From Macrostomum lignano (taxonomy: Eukaryota), in NCBI GenBank assembly GCA_002269645.1, contig NIVC01000851.1:126846-190845 (forward strand): a DNA stretch of 64,000 nt. The letters run 5' to 3'. This document shows positions 61,305 to 64,000 of this stretch, piece after piece. Every line of letters begins with the position of its first letter. Position 1 is the stretch's first letter. Below the pieces are notes generated by a model. It did not search any database, had not been told where the DNA came from, and saw only the letters and a list, made by a program, of their open reading frames with translations. The position numbers and the translations under genes are program-made.

Positions 61305-61689
61305 TTTATTTATAAAATTCCAAAAAGCTAATTGGCAAACAAAGTCACGTTCACTTTATCCTCAAAGTTGTTTTTAGAAGACAGGCTGATTGGAGCGCAG
61401 TGCAGCCTTAATTTCTCTATTTTCTTTCTTAAAAAATGCAAATTTCCCTATTCCAGGAGTCGGGAATGGCTGGGCCAACTGAATAATTGATTTGACGTGG
61501 CCTGAGAGTGAAAGAAAAGTTTGTTAAGCCAAATCTCACGCGCAAGGATCCACAATGCTTTTTTAAACACCCAACTTTGCGACTGAATTGAATTATGGCA
61601 GCAACTTTGTCCCTAGATGCTGAAACACAAGAAAAAACACATGATGAGCAGTTCCAGAACTGCGCCAATAGCCTCATAGGTAGTCACAG

Positions 61690-62390
61690 AGATAGCCCCA
61701 TAGGTAGGCCCATAGATAGCAGCCCCATAGATAGACCCATAGATATTCCCATAGATAGCCCATAGATAGACCCATAGATAGCCTCATAGATAGGCCCATA
61801 GATAGCCCCATAGATAGACCCATAGATAGCCTCATAGATAGACCCATAGATAGACCCATAGATAGCAGCCCATAGATAGCCCCATAGATAGCAGCCCCAT
61901 AGATAGACCCATAGATAGCGGCCCCATAGATAGCCCCATAGATAGACCCATAGATAGACCCATAGATAGCAGCCCCATAGATAGCCCCATAGATAGCCCC
62001 ATAGATAGACCCATAGATAGACCCATAGATAGCAGCCCCATAGATAGACCCATAGATAGCCCCATAGATAGCCCCATAGATAGACCCATAGATAGCAGCC
62101 CCATAGATAGCCCCATAGATAGCCCCATAGATAGACTCATAGATAGACCCATGGATAGCAGCCCCATAGATAGCCCCATGGATAGCAGCCCCATAGATAG
62201 CCCCATAGATAGACCCATGGATAGCAGCCCCATAGATAGCCCCATAGATAGACCCATGGATAGCAGCCCCATAGATAGACCCATAGATAGACCCATAGAT
62301 AGCCCCATAGATAGACCCATAGATAGCCCATAGATAGCCCCATAGATAGACCCATAGATAGCAGCCCCATAGATAAACCCATAGATAGCC
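61690..62390. repeat. 12/15-bp variant minisatellite (CCCATAGATAG core)
   Basis: Interspersed AGCCCCATAGAT, AGACCCATAGAT and AGCAGCCCCATAGAT units. Confidence 0.93.
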
Positions 62391-63845
62391 TCGTGGACAG
62401 CCCAATGATAGACCCACCCTTCAACTCCTGAGCTCCCCCCCCCCCTACAGGGCTACATGCATCGCATGCCAACCCGCTAAGAATATGCGCAACTACCAGT
62501 CCCACATCCACCATGACCGCACACAGCGACAAGACTAAAACAGTGTCGGATCAGACACTAGGACAGTCTATCGGGCACCATCGACAAGATATGACAATGG
62601 GATAATCATTGTGAGCTTAGCACGTATGCCGCGCGTTGCTCTCCCTCTGCGAGAATTTCAGCATGGATTATTAGCCGCTCAACTGGACTGGGCGCTTGTG
62701 TGGCAGCTAAATGATTGGCGCCAACCAGTCTGACATGTCTCAGAGCCGCGTGAGGTGGGCTGGGGAAGGGGTGCAAGAATGCCTAGCAGATGCAGCTGCT
62801 GCTTATAGTTTTGGAGGCTGGTGTTGAGCGGCGCGCTTTGACGGCCCTGGCTTAACACGTATTATTGGCATACAAAAAGCCAGGGCAGGGGAGGAGGCTT
62901 GGGGGCAGGATGGCAGTAGAAGGAGGGGCTTTACAATGCGGGCCCCCACCTTTACATCGCTCTCCCTCTTTTCCTCAGCTCTAGACAGAGGTGAGCTAAT
63001 CCTGTGTCTTCATTCAATCGTGTCTGCCTGCCGGCTGTATTTAATCTAATGGATCGAAGCACCGACTCCAGCTATTGTCTTCTGCCGATGGTAGACAGTG
63101 CCAGTCTCTCATGGTCGAGCTAAATGGCACTGCAAATGCATTTCATTGTATGGTAGTACAAATCGCTGGTGGGAAACTGTAAAAGGGAGTTGACAACTTG
63201 GTCCGGGTAGTGCAATAAGTGTGGAATCATAGAAAATCCCATCTCTGGGGAGGCAGTCAAAGTCGACAGTGCTCATCATCACAAAGTAATTCGATTATTC
63301 GATCCGTTGACGCAGCAAGGCGTCTTCTTTGAAGATAAATTGACGTCTCAATTTCAAATCCAAAACGATGGCTAACAGAGCTGCATACTGCGGACCGCTC
63401 GCCATCGAAAGAGGAGACCAAATCTTGCTTTGGTCAACACGGCTTGAGCTTCAGCTTTCGTCAATTTATACATCAGCCATGCAATTTAATGGCGGTCTAA
63501 CTAGTTGTGCAAACTAAGGAATCATTTTTCTTAATTCTTGCATAAATGGCATAAACGGCATAAATGTTACAATTAGTCAAGTTTAGAGGCACATGAAACT
63601 GGGCTAAAGAAAACTGTTTATTATCAATCAGATTAAAAGATGATAATACAATTAATTCTCTCTCAAATTGCGCCGAGACCTTGAAGCCCATTGGTCCTTG
63701 CCGGCCAACCAATGGCGAGCGGCCTCTGGCCGGATCAAAAAGCGTCCCTGAAGCGAGGCGGCGCTTTGTCATCCCAGAAAAACTGACAGAGCAGCCGCGC
63801 GCGTCAACTACTCGAACCCAGCCAGCCACCGCCCTGCTCTGCTGG

Positions 63846-64000
63846 ATGCGCTGTCAACTCCTCGTGCTGCAGCTGCCGTTGCTGCTACTTTTAACATCAG
63901 CTTGTACCGCGGCTACCTTCACCAATGCTGAGCCGCCGAGTTCCAGACGGACGAAGAGGTCCCGCCGGGCACTCGGATCGGCAGTCTCAGCCAGCGCCTC
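63846..64000 (+). CDS. 5' end of a probable (proto)cadherin gene, running off the window
   Basis: ATG 63846 opens the signal peptide MRCQLLVLQLPLLLLLTSACTAA. From 63938, in the -1 frame, EFQTDEEVPPGTRIGSLSQRL matches the EE.P.GT.(I/V)G.L start of a protocadherin EC1. Confidence 0.55.
   Translation, partial: MRCQLLVLQLPLLLLLTSACTAATFTNAEPPSSRRTKRSRRALGSAVSASA

Overview
This is eukaryotic (metazoan) genomic DNA, not prokaryotic. It has spliceosomal introns, GC-rich exons in AT-rich intergenic DNA, and heavy TE and satellite content. The overall style suggests an invertebrate such as a free-living flatworm (inference only). Genes I could reconstruct with in-phase splice junctions: a POLR1D-isoform-2-like ORF (+), an ammonium transporter with two alternative TM1-encoding first exons (-), CFAP69 (-), a short secreted prepropeptide (+), a divergent type II pantothenate kinase-like gene (-), an AMPA/kainate-type ionotropic glutamate receptor (+), an orphan two-exon gene (-), and the start of a probable protocadherin at the right edge (+). 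Mobile DNA: a full-length LOA-like LINE (611-6507, 10-bp TSD) whose 5' end folds as a candidate HDV-like ribozyme, two tRNA-derived SINE copies, a MULE-type element with 366-bp TIRs, several hAT-type MITEs with 8-bp TSDs, a decayed P-element/THAP9-type transposase and RTE-like LINE fragments. There are also many mini- and microsatellites, two of them arranged as inverted (foldback) array pairs. No CRISPR, rRNA or bona fide tRNA gene was found. The best leads are the 5'-terminal ribozyme candidate, the unassigned neuropeptide-like precursor, the duplicated Amt first exons, and the altered gate and active-site motifs in the iGluR and PanK. All family assignments come from motif recall and manual translation; no searches or folding programs were run. 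Three CDSs carry frameshifts that may be assembly indels.
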